Virus record (IMG/VR): IMGVR_UViG_2737471865_000001
Location: 1-34,668 of that record
DNA: 34,668 bases
Reading direction: 5' to 3' (one strand)
Source of the DNA: a virus
Taxonomy: Duplodnaviria; Heunggongvirae; Uroviricota; Caudoviricetes
Under the pieces are notes generated by a model. The model worked only from the letters and a program-made list of their open reading frames with translations. It was not told the origin of the DNA and did no database searches. The position numbers were made by a program, and so were the translations under genes. Below are positions 25,605 to 34,668 of this stretch, in pieces (the first letter of the stretch is position 1; each line of letters opens with the position of its first letter).

Positions 25605-26046
25605 TCTCGTTCTTAAGGCTTTACGAAAAGCCGGGCTGTATTCCAATGCCACGTTGACAGATGCTGACCCTCAGGCAATTGAAGATGCCATTAATGACCT
25701 CGAAGACATGATGGCAGCATGGCAGGCTAAAGGTATCGAGCTTGGATATCAGTTTGCTGATACAGAAAACGGCATCATGCCGTTACCTGACGATGATTCA
25801 GGTATCCCTGCATGGGCAAATGATGGCGTCGCTTTGAAACTCGCTGTGCAAGTGTGCATGGATAACGTCATTCAGCCGTCAGACGCTCTCCTTACCGCTG
25901 CTGACAGTGCATATCAGACAATCTGTATCGCTTTAACCAAAATACCACCACTTGAGCGGCGAAATGACATGCCTCGCGGTAGTGGTAACAAAAGCGCGTT
26001 TACGTGGAATCGGTTTTACATCGAGAAAGATGATCCGAGTACGTGA
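25585..26046 (+). CDS. head-completion / portal-closure protein (P22 gp4-like)
   Basis: 153 aa; [45 protein letters not shown] parallels the P22 gp4 N-terminus from memory. Confidence 0.85.
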   Translation: [153 protein letters not shown]

Positions 26047-26055
26047 GGTGAATAA

Positions 26056-26160
26056 ATGCCGATTCAGCAACTTCCGCTTATGAAAGGTGTCGGCAAAGAC
26101 TTCCGAAATGCCGACTATATCGACTATCTGCCAGTGAATATGCTGGCAATTTTGATATAA
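26056..26160 (+). pseudogene. orphaned 5' fragment of tail gene 10 (34 codons) left upstream of the HNH insertion
   Basis: MPIQQLPLMKGVGKDFRNADYIDYLPVNMLA then ILI and stop. The first 31 residues match the gp10 N-terminus, which restarts at 26729 as MAIQQLPLMKGLGKSAVNADYIDQLPVNLLATPKE. Confidence 0.75.
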
Positions 26161-26196
26161 TAAGTACATGAAAAATCGAAACTTTAAGGAGTAGAT

Positions 26197-26781
26197 ATGC
26201 TTTCTGAGAATGCTAAAGATATACCTGGATTTGAAGGTGTTTATGCCGTAACAGAAGATGGCAGGGTGTATTCTCACTCACGTGTTGTTAAGGCTGCGCA
26301 TGGCAGCACGCAACTCAGAAAGGGGCGCTGGTTAAAGCCTAAAATAAATCAGGGAAGGGTGCTTTATAATATCGGAGCAAAATGGACTTTTGCCCATCGA
26401 ATCGTTGCAATGACATTCCTGCCAAATCCTGAAAACAAGCCTCAGGTAAATCATATTGATGGCAATCCACTCAATAATAACGTCAATAATCTTGAGTGGT
26501 GCACTCAAAGCGAAAACATCAAACATGCATACGCCACAGGATTAAAGAAACCAATCAAGTTTTTCGGAACCAAGCACCCAAAACACAAGTTGAGTGATGA
26601 CGATGTTCTTGCAATCAAGTCATCAAAAGAAAGCTTGTCAGTAATTGCGGCTAAGTACGGGATATCTAAGACCTGGGCAAGTAGGCTAAAGCGTGATGCT
26701 AACTGGGTTCATATAAAGGTTGATTCCAATGGCAATACAACAACTACCACTAATGAAGGGATTAGGGAAAAGTGCGGTTAA
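26197..26781 (+). CDS. HNH homing endonuclease (NUMOD4-like N-terminus plus HNH_3 motif)
   Basis: GFEGVYAVTEDGRVYS (NUMOD4-like) and QVNHIDGNPLNNNVNNLEWCTQSEN (HNH). AAGGAG RBS. AT-rich; its 3' end overlaps the recoded start of gene 10. Confidence 0.85.
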   Translation: MLSENAKDIPGFEGVYAVTEDGRVYSHSRVVKAAHGSTQLRKGRWLKPKINQGRVLYNIGAKWTFAHRIVAMTFLPNPENKPQVNHIDGNPLNNNVNNLEWCTQSENIKHAYATGLKKPIKFFGTKHPKHKLSDDDVLAIKSSKESLSVIAAKYGISKTWASRLKRDANWVHIKVDSNGNTTTTTNEGIREKCG

Positions 26782-28147
26782 TGCTGATTATATAGACCAA
26801 CTTCCAGTCAATCTTTTAGCTACGCCCAAGGAGGTGTTGAATTCATCGGGATATCTTCGCTCATTCCCGGGCATTGCCAAACGTTCTGATGTGAACGGTA
26901 TATCGCGCGGCGTCGAGTACAACATGGCGCAGAGTGCTGTATATCGCGTGTGTGGCGGCAAGCTGTATAAGGGCGAAAGCGAGGTCGGTGATGTTGCCGG
27001 AAGTGGTCGCGTATCAATGGCACACGGTAGGACATCACAGGCAGTAGGCGTTAACGGTCAACTGGTCGAGTATCGCTATGATGGCACGGTTAAAACCGTC
27101 TCAAACTGGCCTACAGACAGCGGATTCACGCAGTATGAGTTAGGCTCAGTCCGCGATATTACGCGCTTACGTGGGCGTTATGCGTGGTCAAAAGACGGAA
27201 CTGATTCATGGTTTATCACTGACCTTGAAGACGAATCGCATCCTGACCGCTACAGCGCACAATATCGTGCCGAGTCGCAGCCGGACGGCATCATCGGTAT
27301 CGGCACATGGCGAGACTTCATCGTCTGCTTTGGTTCATCGACGATTGAATATTTCTCCCTGACTGGTGCAACCACTGTTGGTGCCGCTTTGTATGTCGCA
27401 CAGCCATCACTGATGGTGCAAAAAGGCATCGCCGGGACTTACTGCAAAACGCCGTTTGCTGATTCTTATGCATTCATCAGCAATCCGGCAACAGGTGCGC
27501 CGTCTGTATACATCATCGGCTCCGGTCAGGTATCACCAATCGCTAGCGCGAGCATTGAGAAAATCCTCCGCTCCTACACTGCTGATGAACTGGCTGATGG
27601 TGTGATGGAATCGCTGCGATTTGATGCGCATGAGCTGCTGATTATCCATCTTCCGCGCCATGTCCTCGTATACGACGCATCTTCAAGCGCCAATGGTCCG
27701 CAATGGTGTGTATTGAAAACAGGCCTGTATGACGATGTGTACCGCGCTATCGACTTCATTTACGAAGGCAATCAGATAACGTGCGGCGATAAGCTGGAAT
27801 CGGTTACTGGCAAATTGCAGTTCGATATCAGCAGCCAGTATGGGCTTCAACAGGAACACCTGCTGTTTACTCCACTGTTCAAAGCGGATAACGCCAGAGT
27901 GTTCGACCTTGAGGTTGAATCTTCAACTGGCGTTGCGCAGTACGCTGACCGCCTGTTCCTCTCTGCAACCACTGACGGAATCAATTACGGACGTGAGCAG
28001 ATGATTGAACAGAATGAACCGTTCGTTTACGACAAACGTGTTTTGTGGAAGCGAGTCGGGCGCATCAGGAAAAATGTCGGCTTCAAATTGCGCGTTATCA
28101 CGAAGTCACCAGTAACACTATCCGGGTGTCAAATTCGTCTGGAGTAA
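26720..28147 (+). CDS. tail accessory / head-completion protein (P22 gp10-like)
   Basis: 475 aa, collinear with P22 gp10 as I recall it (SGYLRSFPGIAKRSDVNGISRGVEYN...GCQIRLE). The native start is probably the ATG at 26729 (MAIQQLP...). Confidence 0.9.
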   Translation: MIPMAIQQLPLMKGLGKSAVNADYIDQLPVNLLATPKEVLNSSGYLRSFPGIAKRSDVNGISRGVEYNMAQSAVYRVCGGKLYKGESEVGDVAGSGRVSMAHGRTSQAVGVNGQLVEYRYDGTVKTVSNWPTDSGFTQYELGSVRDITRLRGRYAWSKDGTDSWFITDLEDESHPDRYSAQYRAESQPDGIIGIGTWRDFIVCFGSSTIEYFSLTGATTVGAALYVAQPSLMVQKGIAGTYCKTPFADSYAFISNPATGAPSVYIIGSGQVSPIASASIEKILRSYTADELADGVMESLRFDAHELLIIHLPRHVLVYDASSSANGPQWCVLKTGLYDDVYRAIDFIYEGNQITCGDKLESVTGKLQFDISSQYGLQQEHLLFTPLFKADNARVFDLEVESSTGVAQYADRLFLSATTDGINYGREQMIEQNEPFVYDKRVLWKRVGRIRKNVGFKLRVITKSPVTLSGCQIRLE

Positions 28148-28150
28148 AAT

Positions 28151-28789
28151 ATGGCAGACCCGTCACTTAATAAGCCTGTCGTGGTTCAGGCTACACGCAT
28201 TGATGCATCTATTCTCCCTCGCAACATATTCAGTCAGTCTTACCTTCTGTATGTCATAAATCAGGGTACTGATGTTGGCTCCATTGCAGAAAAGGCAAAT
28301 CAGGCAGGAGGCGGTGCTTATGATGCGCAGGTCAGAAATGATGAGCAGGATGTAATTCTTGATGAGCACGAAAAAAGAATTGCAAAAACAGAAGAGGATA
28401 TTTCAGGAATAAAAGTAAAGCTTCTTGAAATAGAGAATGATGTTAATGGTCTGAAAATAAAAGTTCAGGATATCGACGGTAAGGTATCAGAGATAATCGT
28501 TGATTATGTTTCACTCAGCAGAGCAGGAACTCAAACTCTTGCCTCATCCCTTAACGTATCAGGAAGTTATTCTGTTAACGGTACAAAAGTTGTTGGCGCT
28601 CGCCAGACTGGATGGACCGCGGCAACAGGTACGGCGAATAAAGGCGTATTCAATGCTGACCTGACATTCACCGTTAGCGATACTTACACGCAATCTGAAA
28701 TCCAGACTATAGCCAATGCTCTAATTGCTGAGCGTCGGCGCACTAAGGCTTTGGAAGACGCCTTGCGTGCACATGGGTTGATTGATTAA
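28151..28789 (+). CDS. tail needle protein (P22 gp26-like)
   Basis: 212 aa; N-terminus [25 protein letters not shown] and C-terminus [22 protein letters not shown]...[13 protein letters not shown] match P22 gp26 from memory; the central coiled coil is shorter. Confidence 0.9.
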   Translation: MADPSLNKPVVVQATRIDASILPRNIFSQSYLLYVINQGTDVGSIAEKANQAGGGAYDAQVRNDEQDVILDEHEKRIAKTEEDISGIKVKLLEIENDVNGLKIKVQDIDGKVSEIIVDYVSLSRAGTQTLASSLNVSGSYSVNGTKVVGARQTGWTAATGTANKGVFNADLTFTVSDTYTQSEIQTIANALIAERRRTKALEDALRAHGLID

Positions 28790-29244
28790 TGATTACATTC
28801 AAACCAACGCGAAACATCGACCTGATAGAAGCAGTAGGAAATCACCCTGACATTATTGCCGGGAGCAACAACGGTGATGGATACGACTACAAACCTGATT
28901 GCCGTTACTTTGAGGTGAACGTGCACGGGCAGTTCGGCGGCATTGTTTACTATCAGGAGATTCAGCCGCTGACATTCGATTGCCACGCCATGTTCCTGTC
29001 AGAGATTCGCGGCTTCAGCAAGGAAATCGGGCTGGCGTTCTGGCGATACATTCTGACTAACACCACCGTTCAGTGCGTCACATCGTTCGCCGCACGCAAA
29101 TTCCGCCACGGGCAGATTTACTGCGCAATGATTGGCCTTAAGCGTGTCGGAACCATCAAGAAATACTTTAAAGGCGTGGATGACGTGACGTTTTACAGCG
29201 CCACACGCGAAGAACTAATCGACTTCCTGAATCACGGGAGATAG
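28789..29244 (+). CDS. P22 gp14-like virion assembly protein
   Basis: 151-aa ORF in the gp14 position between the needle and the ejection-protein genes. Confidence 0.7.
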   Translation: MITFKPTRNIDLIEAVGNHPDIIAGSNNGDGYDYKPDCRYFEVNVHGQFGGIVYYQEIQPLTFDCHAMFLSEIRGFSKEIGLAFWRYILTNTTVQCVTSFAARKFRHGQIYCAMIGLKRVGTIKKYFKGVDDVTFYSATREELIDFLNHGR

Positions 29245-29246
29245 CC

Positions 29247-29942
29247 ATGTTATATGCATTTAAGCTGGGCAGAAAACTGCGCGGCGAGGAACCTTGGTGC
29301 CCTGAAAAAGGCGGGAAAGGTGGTAGCTCTGATAAAAGCGCAAAGTATGCAGCAGAAGCTCAGAAGTATGCCGCAGACCTGCAAAATCAGCAGTGGCAGA
29401 CGATCATGAAAAACCTTGCTCCGTTCACGCCGCTAGCGGAGCAGTATGTTAACCAGCTTCAGAATCTTTCCAGTTTAGAAGGGCAAGGTCAGGCGCTTAA
29501 CCAGTATTACAACTCTCAGCAGTACAAAGACCTTGCTGGTCAGGCGCGCTATCAGAGTCTGGCGGCAGCGGAAGCAACAGGTGGATTAGGTTCCACCGCA
29601 ACCAGTAATCAGTTAGCAACAATCGCACCAACGCTTGGTCAGCAGTGGCTGTCTGGCCAGATGAACAACTACCAGAATCTGGCAAATATTGGTCTTGGCG
29701 CTCTTCAGGGGCAGGCAAACGCCGGGCAAACATATGCCAACAACATGAGCCAGATTTCACAGCAAAGCGCGGCACTGGCGGCGGCAAACGCTAATAGACC
29801 TTCCGGCCTTCAATCTGCAATAGGCGGGGCTGCCTCTGGAGCAATTGCTGGAGCACAGCTTGGCAGCATTGTTCCCGGTATTGGTACTGGTATTGGTGCC
29901 GCTGTTGGCGGCGGTCTTGGTCTTCTTGGTTCACTGTTTTAA
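29247..29942 (+). CDS. ejection (internal virion) protein, gp7-like
   Basis: 231 aa; Gln/Ala/Gly-rich with Gly-rich hydrophobic C-terminus; first of three consecutive ejection-protein genes. Confidence 0.75.
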   Translation: MLYAFKLGRKLRGEEPWCPEKGGKGGSSDKSAKYAAEAQKYAADLQNQQWQTIMKNLAPFTPLAEQYVNQLQNLSSLEGQGQALNQYYNSQQYKDLAGQARYQSLAAAEATGGLGSTATSNQLATIAPTLGQQWLSGQMNNYQNLANIGLGALQGQANAGQTYANNMSQISQQSAALAAANANRPSGLQSAIGGAASGAIAGAQLGSIVPGIGTGIGAAVGGGLGLLGSLF

Positions 29943-29952
29943 GGGTTAATCA

Positions 29953-31302
29953 ATGGCTACGTGGCAACAGGGTATTAATTCTGGTGGTTTTCTGGCTGGC
30001 ATTGGTGCGCAAAATGAGAATGCGCCAAAAGCAAGCGACATTAACGCAACGCTTGGTCTGATCCGCGAAAACAATGAACTGGCTCGATCAGGTGCAAATA
30101 ACGTTGGTCTGACCGCGTTACGTGGTCTGGCTGGAGTTGCTGATATTTACAATCAGGAACAGCAACAGAAAGCGATTAGTGCGTTCAATAAGGTTCACGC
30201 TGATGCATGGGCTTCTGGTGATCCATCGGGACTATTTAAGTTTGCCCAGGAAAATCCAGCGTTTGTTGCACAGGCACAACAGGCGTTTTCCGGTCTTAAT
30301 GATCAGCAACGCAACGATATGGGCGATTTAGCCATGAGGGCTAACGTCGCTCTTTCTCAGGGACCGGAAGCCTACAGTAAATTCATTACTGACAACAAGG
30401 ACAGGTTAAATCGCGTGGGGGCGAATGCTGACTGGATGATTCAGACAGGTATCCAGAATCCAGAGCAGCTATCACACATGCTGACTACTATGACGCTAGG
30501 GGCTGTTGGTCCGGATAAAATGCTGGATTATCAGGATAAGATGGTTGGTCGCCAACTAGAGAAAGGGCGATTGGATGAAAGCATCCGTCAGGCTGACATG
30601 GAGAACGCGAGAGGATGGGCAAATATCCAAAACGCTCAACTAGACAGGGCTCAGCGGGCACAAATGCATAATGATAACGTAGCCCTGAAGTTGCAGGAAT
30701 TAGGGATGAAACAACAGGAAAGCGGAAAGATTGACCCAAAACTTGTTCGAGATCTGAATAGTGATATTAATGGGTTCTCAAAGAATTATTCTGCAATGCG
30801 CAGTGCTTCTGACAACCTACAAGCCCTTGGGAAGCGCAACACTCCAGCCGCGCAGTTGGGAATGATTTTCAACTATATGAAATCGCTGGATCCGCAATCT
30901 GTGGTACGCGAGGGTGAGCAAGTGCAGGTAAAACGCACTGATGGAATATTCGGCACACTTGGTAACTATGTTAGCCAATTATCTAACGGCAAGATGCTGA
31001 ATAATGAGCAAGTCCAAGACTTAATCAACACCTCAAAACTGATGGCAAATACTGAAGGCGAAAAGTTTAACCAGCAAATGGATGATTATCTTTCAACTTA
31101 TGGAGATTCTCTCCCCAGCGGACTAACTAAGCAATTGCAATCCAGAAAAGCCAAGCTGTATGAAGATATTCAGCAGCCTGCGCAACAACAGACACAACAA
31201 GCAACATCTGGCGGTCAAACATTTCGAGAAGGTATGACCGCGAAAAATCCTAAAACTGGTCAGAAAATTATTTACAGGAACGGACAATGGCAACCAATGT
31301 AG
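29953..31302 (+). CDS. ejection protein, gp20-like
   Basis: 449-aa Gln-rich ORF in the gp20 position. Confidence 0.75.
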   Translation: MATWQQGINSGGFLAGIGAQNENAPKASDINATLGLIRENNELARSGANNVGLTALRGLAGVADIYNQEQQQKAISAFNKVHADAWASGDPSGLFKFAQENPAFVAQAQQAFSGLNDQQRNDMGDLAMRANVALSQGPEAYSKFITDNKDRLNRVGANADWMIQTGIQNPEQLSHMLTTMTLGAVGPDKMLDYQDKMVGRQLEKGRLDESIRQADMENARGWANIQNAQLDRAQRAQMHNDNVALKLQELGMKQQESGKIDPKLVRDLNSDINGFSKNYSAMRSASDNLQALGKRNTPAAQLGMIFNYMKSLDPQSVVREGEQVQVKRTDGIFGTLGNYVSQLSNGKMLNNEQVQDLINTSKLMANTEGEKFNQQMDDYLSTYGDSLPSGLTKQLQSRKAKLYEDIQQPAQQQTQQATSGGQTFREGMTAKNPKTGQKIIYRNGQWQPM

Positions 31303-33455
31303 GTTTACCAGAGGGGTTTGTTCTGGATGAACAGCCTGATAACTCACAACTTCCTGATGGCTTTGTGCTTGATTCCCAACCAGAACAGCAGCAATCTCCT
31401 TTGGTTTCACCAGAGGAAAACTCCAGACAGGAAAATGTTGTTAATAATGCTAACGGTTTCGACCGTTTTATGTATGGCGTTCTCAGTGGATTGATGGATG
31501 TTGGTAAAGGTGTTGGCCTGTTTCAGGATATGACACCAGAAGAGCAAGCCGCAATTCAGTCTCTACAGCAGAAGTTAGCGGCAAAACCATCAACCGCACA
31601 AGATGTTGGTGAGTTTGTTGGACAAGCAGCGCCATTTGTTAGTGGTGGTGGGATTATTTCTCAGGTTCCGAAAGGGGCGGCAAGGCTGGCTGCCGCCGCA
31701 GGGCTTGGTGCGGTTGAAGGTGGTGTTGTTGCTAACGGAACCGGTGGCAATGTAACTACAGGGGCGGCTATAGGTGCTGCCGCTGGTCCAATTGCTGAAT
31801 TGGCATCTCCAGTGATTAGCAAAGCAGCCAGTGCGGTTACGAAGAGGTTTAGGCCTCCATCGGCAGAAATGTCTCAGGCATCTGAACTTAGTGGAATGGC
31901 GAGGGTTGCAACGAAAGCTACAGATGTGAATCCAATAACAGGAAACAGATCTGGTTTAAATGCTCTCGCGGAAGCTGTTTCACCAGATGATTCTGTGCTA
32001 CAGGCCGCCCGCAATCTTGGGATGGAGGATGCCTTAACTCCCGGCATGTACTCCAGCAACCCTTCTTACCGCGCGTTTGAAAATGCTTTAGCTGCAACCC
32101 CAGGGAATAAACTGTTCCACGCACAGCGAGAGGCCATTAGTAGGCTTGGAGAGCAGGCAGATAAATTTATTAATGATTTTGGTGGGAGCGTTGATAAGGA
32201 CTTTATCAATCAAAAGGTCAAAAGCTCTTATGAGGAGTTAAGATCAAACCTGAAGCGCCAAGAAGACACTCTATACAATCAAATTAGAGCAAAAATTCCA
32301 ACAAGAGCTACCGTAGATACCACCCATACCACTAACGCCATTGAGGATATTGCAGATGATGTCGGTGGGCTAGAAAAACTAAAATCGCTATATCCTCAAC
32401 TGTCAAAGACCTTGGAACAAATAGACCCAAACACCGCCCCGACTTATGGTCTTCTTGATGCAGTTCGACGGCAGGTTGGAAGGGCTCTTGGCAAAGAGAT
32501 GGATAAAGGGCCATATAGCGGCATCGACGCTCGGCACCTTGGAATTATTGAAAGCGCACTGATACAAGATCAGGGAGCCGCTGCTGCCAAATATGGTGCA
32601 GAGGATACATGGAATTTAGCTAGAGAGATCGGGAGAAAGAGATTCGCAGTGCAGGCAGCCGCTGTTCAAAATCTTGGCAGAGACTTGGATAAAGGAATAG
32701 TGCCGCAATTACAGCAAGCTATCGTCGATATGTCTCAAGGAAAGGGCGGTGATTTCCGTCGCCTAGTTTCAAATCTTCCTGATGACATGGTGCAACCAGC
32801 TGTTGCCACCGCAATGAATAGGGCTTTCACTACGTTCGCTAAATCTCCCGGGCAGTCACTTGGTGTTCCTGGATTTGTTAAGTGGTATGGAGGGCTATCA
32901 AGAAACAAATCAAATATGCAGGCATTGAGCCGGGCAATTGGCTATCAGGCTACGCGTAGGTTGAGAAACATCTATGAGGTGGCTTCTGGCATGCAAAGGG
33001 TGGGCAGCGAGAAGGTGTATTCCTCCTCTCAAATTGACCGGATGATGAATCAGTTCGCAGGAGAGAAGGGAATGCTTGGGCGTATATATGGAATAGGAAA
33101 AGACGTGGCTAAAGCAGAAGGGCTAACCACAGCCATCGGAGCGCCTGGAGCCGGTACGGCAGGGGTACTCTTTAGCCTCCTCCGTTCTGGTAAAAATTCA
33201 AGAATGGCTGCCGCTGATGAATTAATAGCATCTCCGGCTTTTAAAAATCTCTCAAAAAGGATTGCCGCAGGCCACGCCAGCACCCCAGCATCTAGGAAAT
33301 CGGTGGATGCTTCAATGCAGAAAGTGAAACCATATAGGGATTGGGTAAATACGCTATCAGCGGACGAGAAGAAAAATCTAGCCCGCGTTGGTATTGTCGC
33401 TTTTCTCAGTAGTAACGATTCTTTGCCCACAGAGCAACAAGCAGGGCAACAATAA
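31287..33455 (+). CDS. ejection / DNA-transfer protein, gp16-like
   Basis: 722-aa ORF in the gp16 position (longer than the ~600 aa I recall for P22 gp16); Ala/Gly-rich central region. Confidence 0.7.
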   Translation: MATNVGLPEGFVLDEQPDNSQLPDGFVLDSQPEQQQSPLVSPEENSRQENVVNNANGFDRFMYGVLSGLMDVGKGVGLFQDMTPEEQAAIQSLQQKLAAKPSTAQDVGEFVGQAAPFVSGGGIISQVPKGAARLAAAAGLGAVEGGVVANGTGGNVTTGAAIGAAAGPIAELASPVISKAASAVTKRFRPPSAEMSQASELSGMARVATKATDVNPITGNRSGLNALAEAVSPDDSVLQAARNLGMEDALTPGMYSSNPSYRAFENALAATPGNKLFHAQREAISRLGEQADKFINDFGGSVDKDFINQKVKSSYEELRSNLKRQEDTLYNQIRAKIPTRATVDTTHTTNAIEDIADDVGGLEKLKSLYPQLSKTLEQIDPNTAPTYGLLDAVRRQVGRALGKEMDKGPYSGIDARHLGIIESALIQDQGAAAAKYGAEDTWNLAREIGRKRFAVQAAAVQNLGRDLDKGIVPQLQQAIVDMSQGKGGDFRRLVSNLPDDMVQPAVATAMNRAFTTFAKSPGQSLGVPGFVKWYGGLSRNKSNMQALSRAIGYQATRRLRNIYEVASGMQRVGSEKVYSSSQIDRMMNQFAGEKGMLGRIYGIGKDVAKAEGLTTAIGAPGAGTAGVLFSLLRSGKNSRMAAADELIASPAFKNLSKRIAAGHASTPASRKSVDASMQKVKPYRDWVNTLSADEKKNLARVGIVAFLSSNDSLPTEQQAGQQ

Positions 33456-33500
33456 TCCAACCGACTGTTACCATATTAACCTCCAGATAGCCATGGATGG

Positions 33501-33800
33501 CTATTCTGACATCCTTTTTAATTTATTGTATGACTCTATAGAATCTGTGCACAACTTCATGAACTCTTGAAGTGACATTCCTAGGCGAGAAATTTCCGTA
33601 TTCAAAAAACGTTCAATAAATTCATCTCCGCCGGGCATCTGTGTTGCTTCTTGAAAAGCAAACATTTGTTTAAATGTTCCACACATACCAGCAACTTTAG
33701 CTGTAACTAACATGTCGTTAGCAAATTTCAGATCCTTATCTTGCGATTGTGCAAGACCACTAATTAGAAAACAGAATGCACCTATAACCCATCGCTTCAC
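33501..33800 (-). CDS. small secreted (signal-peptide) protein of unknown function at the sieA-position locus
   Basis: 99 aa; N-terminal signal peptide MKRWVIGAFCFLISGLAQS; mature ~80-aa part with two Cys; GGGAGA RBS; gene is visibly AT-rich. Confidence 0.55.
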   Translation of the reverse strand: MKRWVIGAFCFLISGLAQSQDKDLKFANDMLVTAKVAGMCGTFKQMFAFQEATQMPGGDEFIERFLNTEISRLGMSLQEFMKLCTDSIESYNKLKRMSE

Positions 33801-33825
33801 ACCAATCTCCCACTAAGGTAATAAT

Positions 33826-34011
33826 ATGACCATAGAAGAACGCCTGAACAACATTGAGTTGAATCAAACCCTGCTTGACCAGCGACTTTCAGATCTTGAG
33901 CTTAAAGATCTAGATGCGCAAATATCGGAAGCAGAAGCCAAGCTCTCCAGCCTAAACCACCGCAAGAAGCAAATCCGCAACAGAATTACTCAGGGACGCG
34001 GAAGCTGTTGA
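33826..34011 (+). CDS. hypothetical small coiled-coil protein (61 aa)
   Basis: ORF with AAGG RBS; charged, leucine-heptad-like; its start region lies within 30 bp of the divergent secreted-protein gene start, so one of the two may not be expressed as drawn. Confidence 0.3.
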   Translation: MTIEERLNNIELNQTLLDQRLSDLELKDLDAQISEAEAKLSSLNHRKKQIRNRITQGRGSC

Positions 34012-34195
34012 GGTGGGATGCAAGGTCTCTATCGTTAAAATCAAGGCTGCTAATCATTTCATTGTAAATAGCGTTTTTATCTTCCATTGGCAGTCTTGAG
34101 TAAACCAGACACAGAGCATATTTCAGGGAGTTTAGCTCTTTCTCTAGCTCTTCCTTGCTTGACGTTTTTGACTTAATAAACTGTTTTTTATTCAT
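33986..34195 (-). CDS. hypothetical small protein (69 aa) downstream of the mnt-like gene
   Basis: ORF whose start overlaps the mnt-like stop (operon-like coupling); AT-rich. Confidence 0.4.
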   Translation of the reverse strand: MNKKQFIKSKTSSKEELEKELNSLKYALCLVYSRLPMEDKNAIYNEMISSLDFNDRDLASHLNSFRVPE

Positions 34196-34443
34196 TTTGT
34201 ATCCTTACCATACATGGTTTTCAGCGTCTCAACATCGTGTTCAAGATCTATCAATCGTGATGCTATAGTTGCAAGGTCTAGTGCTTGAATGTGTTTATTT
34301 TTTTCTGTCCACGCTTCAAGTGCCGCGACCATCTCAGCATTTAATGAACGAGAATTAGCCTCAGCCAGTTCAATAAGACGTTCCTTTATCTCTACAGGAA
34401 GCCTCAGATTCACTTGAGGGTTTTTGTACTTACGATCAGACAT
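34192..34443 (-). CDS. mnt: Mnt-like ribbon-helix-helix repressor
   Basis: 83 aa from ATG at 34441..34443 (the track start is an upstream GTG). KNPQVNLRLPVEIKERLIELAEANSRSLNAEMVAAL fits the Arc/Mnt RHH fold, with a C-terminal helical oligomerisation tail; same length as P22 Mnt. Confidence 0.7.
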   Translation of the reverse strand: MSDRKYKNPQVNLRLPVEIKERLIELAEANSRSLNAEMVAALEAWTEKNKHIQALDLATIASRLIDLEHDVETLKTMYGKDTK

Positions 34444-34481
34444 CGGCACATCCTGAATAATTTTTTACCACAGGATATGTA

Positions 34482-34518
34482 GGTATCTATTGACTATCAA
34501 TGCGTACCTAAATACTAT
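34482..34518. promoter_or_regulatory. immI-like divergent promoter/operator region
   Basis: Plus-strand promoter TTGACT (34490..34495), 17-nt spacer, TACTAT (34513..34518) directed at the arc-like gene. The -35 is embedded in a 29-bp imperfect palindrome TAGGTA-tct-ATTGA-cta-TCAAT-gcg-TACCTA (34482..34510). ATGCGTACC occurs twice 22 bp apart. Confidence 0.6.
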
Positions 34519-34548
34519 GTATGCGTACCACATACAACGGAGAATGCA

Positions 34549-34668
34549 ATGAAGGTAAAAACACTGCGTATGCCAGAGAAGTTAGAAAAAATCCTTGAAG
34601 AGAAAGCAAAGGAAGAGTGTCGCTCATTTAGCGCAGAAGTAATTAAACGGTGTTCTTGCCCCCTAATT
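34549..34668 (+). CDS. arc: Arc-like RHH repressor, 5' partial (runs off the window end)
   Basis: My translation MKVKTLRMPEKLEKILEEKAKEECRSFSAEVIKR... shows the Arc-type pattern (basic beta-strand then ...RS.SAE/NSEI...); GGAG RBS; divergent from the mnt-like gene. Confidence 0.5.
   Translation, partial: MKVKTLRMPEKLEKILEEKAKEECRSFSAEVIKRCSCPLI

Noticed and set aside
26149-26820. Group I intron carrying the HNH gene
   Set aside because: The downstream gene restarts with a duplicated, recoded copy of the same N-terminal residues already encoded upstream, and the HNH ORF overlaps that copy in another frame; this fits a free-standing homing endonuclease insertion, not a spliced intron.

Overview
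This window reads as most of a mosaic P22-like (lambdoid) prophage of an enterobacterial host, running from the excisionase region to the immI region. No rRNA, CRISPR array or integrase body is present. Protein identifications are from my own recognition of the supplied translations, not from database searches.

Gene order, left to right:
- Minus-strand early-left operon (94..5651): AlpA/Xis-like excisionase, DUF551 protein, SSB, a Rad52-like annealing protein with an Erf-type C-terminus, Kil-like and cIII-like micro-ORFs, Ral, and a phage-21-type N antiterminator.
- Immunity region (5762..7295): nutL, PL/OL, a P22-type c2 repressor, OR, cro, nutR and cII.
- Replication (7329..11341): an O-like initiator with internal iterons, and a T7-gp4-like primase-helicase.
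- nin region (11418..15178): NinB, NinE, NinF, a Rha/KilAC antirepressor-like gene, YbcO-like, RusA, NinH and a Q antiterminator.
- Lysis (15707..16945): lambda-type S, R, Rz and embedded Rz1.
- Moron stretch (17120..19063): a T5orf172-domain protein and small ORFs, separated by terminators.
- P22-type virion module (19066..33455): TerS, TerL, portal, scaffold, coat, gp4, gp10, gp26 needle, gp14, gp7, gp20 and gp16.
- AT-rich sieA/immI-position locus (33456..34668): a signal-peptide protein, two small ORFs, and divergent Mnt-like and Arc-like repressors.

Most notable observations:
- An HNH homing endonuclease is inserted in the 5' end of tail gene 10, leaving a 34-codon remnant upstream and an AT-rich recoded copy of the same N-terminus downstream.
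- A 341-aa LAGLIDADG intein sits in the P-loop of the primase-helicase.
- A second HNH-AP2 endonuclease lies in the early-left operon behind a terminator.
- The AT-rich sieA/immI-position locus is the best candidate for an undescribed exclusion or defence function.
- The SSB carries 15 extra residues after the canonical DDDIPF tip.
- A non-canonical tRNA-like element lies between Q and the holin.
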